DNA of 63,959 nt, the filler included, from Reclinomonas americana ATCC 50394 (Eukaryota): assembly GCA_048213135.1 (NCBI GenBank). It is 9 parts of 2 records of this genome, joined end to end, with 100 filler letters (N's around TTAATTAATTAA, not from the genome) between each part and the next. Parts side by side here need not be neighbours in the genome. Positions count along the whole stretch, not along the records: positions 61,135 to 63,959 come from PS015365.1; 8 more parts are not named here. The stretch is one strand, 5' to 3'. The notes beneath the pieces were generated by a model that saw only the letters and a list, made by a program, of their open reading frames with translations, did no database searches and had not been told where the DNA came from. The position numbers were made by a program, and so were the translations under genes. The first letter of the stretch is position 1. Each line of letters opens with the position of its first letter. Positions 61,885 through 63,959 of the stretch are shown here, in pieces.

Positions 61885-62113
61885 GCCTCCTGCTTGCTGC
61901 GTACTTCTATGTAAGAGTGTGTGTGTGTGAGCCTTCAGAGTCTCCGATCTCTCGCTCTTTCTCACTCGTGGCCTTCCTGTCGACGTCCCCTCCCTCGAAG
62001 CCGAACCAACGACAACAACAACTATAATATCGCCATCTACCGTACAAGCCTAGCGAGTGTTAACAAACATGCACAGCTGCGTTATGTACACAGTGCAACG
62101 TCACATAAACTCC

Positions 62114-63466
62114 TCAAAGACGGAGACCATCATTGAGGGAGCACTGACGCAAAACAAGCTCGGCATCCTCGACCAGGAAGCAGCGCAGCACGATTTCCGG
62201 CAAGCAGCGCGGATCTGCATCCTCATCGTCGCACTCCGCCTGCACCAGCAGCATCTCCTGCACAGCGTGCACGGCCAAGCGCGCCATGTCGAGCTCGAGC
62301 CGAGCAGTGCCGCAGATGGTGGACCACAAGCGCACCATCTTGCAGGCGACGACAATGTGCTGGCAGTCGGGCGTGACGGCCACGGCGAGCGTCATCCCCG
62401 TGTTGACGTTCAGCTCTTGCACCTGTTGCCCAGTCTCGAGGGACCACAAGCGCACGGTGAAGTCCCAGCTGCCGCTCACAATGTACTGCCCATCGCGGGT
62501 GACGGCGACAGACCGCACAACCTGTGTGTGCCCTTCGAATCGTTGCACCTCCTCGCCAGTCTCCAATGACCACACACGGACGGTCGAGTCGCTGGAGCCG
62601 CTCACAACGTGCTGGCAATCGGGAGTGACGGCGACAGAGTACACGGTGTGAATGTGGCCGTGAAGCTGTTGCACTGCGCCAGTGGCCAGCGACCACACCC
62701 GCACAGTCCTGTCCTCACTGCCACTGACAATGTGCTGCCCATCGGGAGTGACAGCGACGGAGAAGACGGGCTTGGAGTGGCCCGTCAGGCACTCCACCTC
62801 GTCACCAGTGGCCAACAGCCACACACGCACAGTCTTATCCTGACTGCCACTCACGACGAGCTCGCCCGAGGGAGCAAAGGCGACTGTCAGCACACCACTC
62901 GAGTGACCGTGCAGCTGCAGCGCTTCCTCTCCACTCTCCATCGACCACACGCGCACGGTCTTGTCCAAGCTGCCACTCACAATGTGGTCGCCAGTGGGAG
63001 AGAAGGCGACGGAGAGCACTGTGCCCTCGTGGCCCTCGAAATGCCGCGCATCCTTGTAATTGGCGAGTGTCCACACTCGCACAGTCTTGTCCTCTCCGCT
63101 GCTCACAGCGTGCAGGCCGTCGGGAGCAACGGCCACAGAAGAGACGCGACCGTATTCGTCGTACACGTGGCTCAAGAACACAGACATGGTGAAAGCAAAA
63201 ATACCATCGACGTCGGGCATTGTCCCGTCGACCATTGAGAACGGATCCAATGAGCGCAACAGGGCGCGCAGCACGTGGTCTCTCGCACAGCAGACGAGCT
63301 TGCAAGACGAATTCGAAAAACGTCGCGCGCAGAAATCAACGTCGGCATGAATATTCTCTGCAGCTGTACGCTCAATCACACACCAGCGTCTATCCCTCCG
63401 CTCGCTCGCCCTATGCACAGGCAGTGGCATACTGCACTCGCATGCATGCAACACCGCATGTCCCAC
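62114..63466 (-). CDS. WD40 repeat protein (about 7 highly regular repeats); true start uncertain
   Basis: GH...V.SVA(F/V)(S/T)P.G..IVSGS.D.TVRVW repeated. Confidence 0.92.
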   Translation of the reverse strand: MGHAVLHACECSMPLPVHRASERRDRRWCVIERTAAENIHADVDFCARRFSNSSCKLVCCARDHVLRALLRSLDPFSMVDGTMPDVDGIFAFTMSVFLSHVYDEYGRVSSVAVAPDGLHAVSSGEDKTVRVWTLANYKDARHFEGHEGTVLSVAFSPTGDHIVSGSLDKTVRVWSMESGEEALQLHGHSSGVLTVAFAPSGELVVSGSQDKTVRVWLLATGDEVECLTGHSKPVFSVAVTPDGQHIVSGSEDRTVRVWSLATGAVQQLHGHIHTVYSVAVTPDCQHVVSGSSDSTVRVWSLETGEEVQRFEGHTQVVRSVAVTRDGQYIVSGSWDFTVRLWSLETGQQVQELNVNTGMTLAVAVTPDCQHIVVACKMVRLWSTICGTARLELDMARLAVHAVQEMLLVQAECDDEDADPRCLPEIVLRCFLVEDAELVLRQCSLNDGLRL

Positions 63467-63959
63467 CTCGATATCTAGCAGTAAATTTTCGACGACTTCT
63501 CACGCGCACCAATCAATTTGCAATCCGCAACCGCAATGTCACAACAGCCCACTGGCAAGTCCCTCCTCTTCTCACCTCTCCTCTCACGCACACACTCACA
63601 CTCACTCTCACTCACACACACAGACGATGGTGGCCTGCGCAGTGCACGCGGACGTCGCGCCCCCTCTGCACCTGCTCCTCCTCTCGACGACGAGCAGGAC
63701 GAGAACAGGCCGCCTGCCTCCTCCTCCACAACAACCACAGACGGAAGAACCCGCGCCTTGTCTCACCCGGCGCCCGATCGCCGACCATGGTTTCGTAACA
63801 GCAGCAAACCGCGTCCGATAACACCTCAGCACCAATCGCCCTCGCCGCTCTTCTTCCCGCCACACATGTGCACCTCGAGTATACTCTCTGTGTCCTCTGC
63901 CTCCTCTGCGTCGACTGCATCGCTGCAAAGACCGCGATCGGCGGTGCAGTTGGTGTTGG

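Overview
Gene-dense, intron-rich eukaryotic (protist-like) draft genome. It consists of nine contigs joined by artificial N-TTAATTAATTAA-N spacers, plus one real scaffold gap (~34267-35186), so adjacency across spacers is unproven. About 25 spliced genes are recognisable: alanine aminotransferase, eIF2B-beta, cyclophilin, a TPR protein, a secreted GH32 with an inserted PAN domain, an MRS2 Mg transporter, AUH, a cyclic-nucleotide-binding-domain channel, RABGGTA, cysteinyl-tRNA synthetase, a SET protein, UGGT, two tandem glycosyltransferases, a large surface protein, H2A and a WD40 protein. The main discovery is a 2.7-kb RABGGTA intron (27970-30705) holding six tandem tRNA genes. They share one near-identical, atypical 71-nt body but carry anticodons of two amino-acid families: Arg CCG/ACG/TCG and Pro CGG/AGG/CGG. 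About 2 kb away lies a CysRS with an unusual C-terminal EMAP-II/Trbp111-like tRNA-binding domain. A second, window-wide signal is a frequent class of intron donors reading GTTG(C/A)G, i.e. the usual GTG(C/A)G with one extra U. Gene models were spliced by eye, coordinates span introns, and no database search was run.
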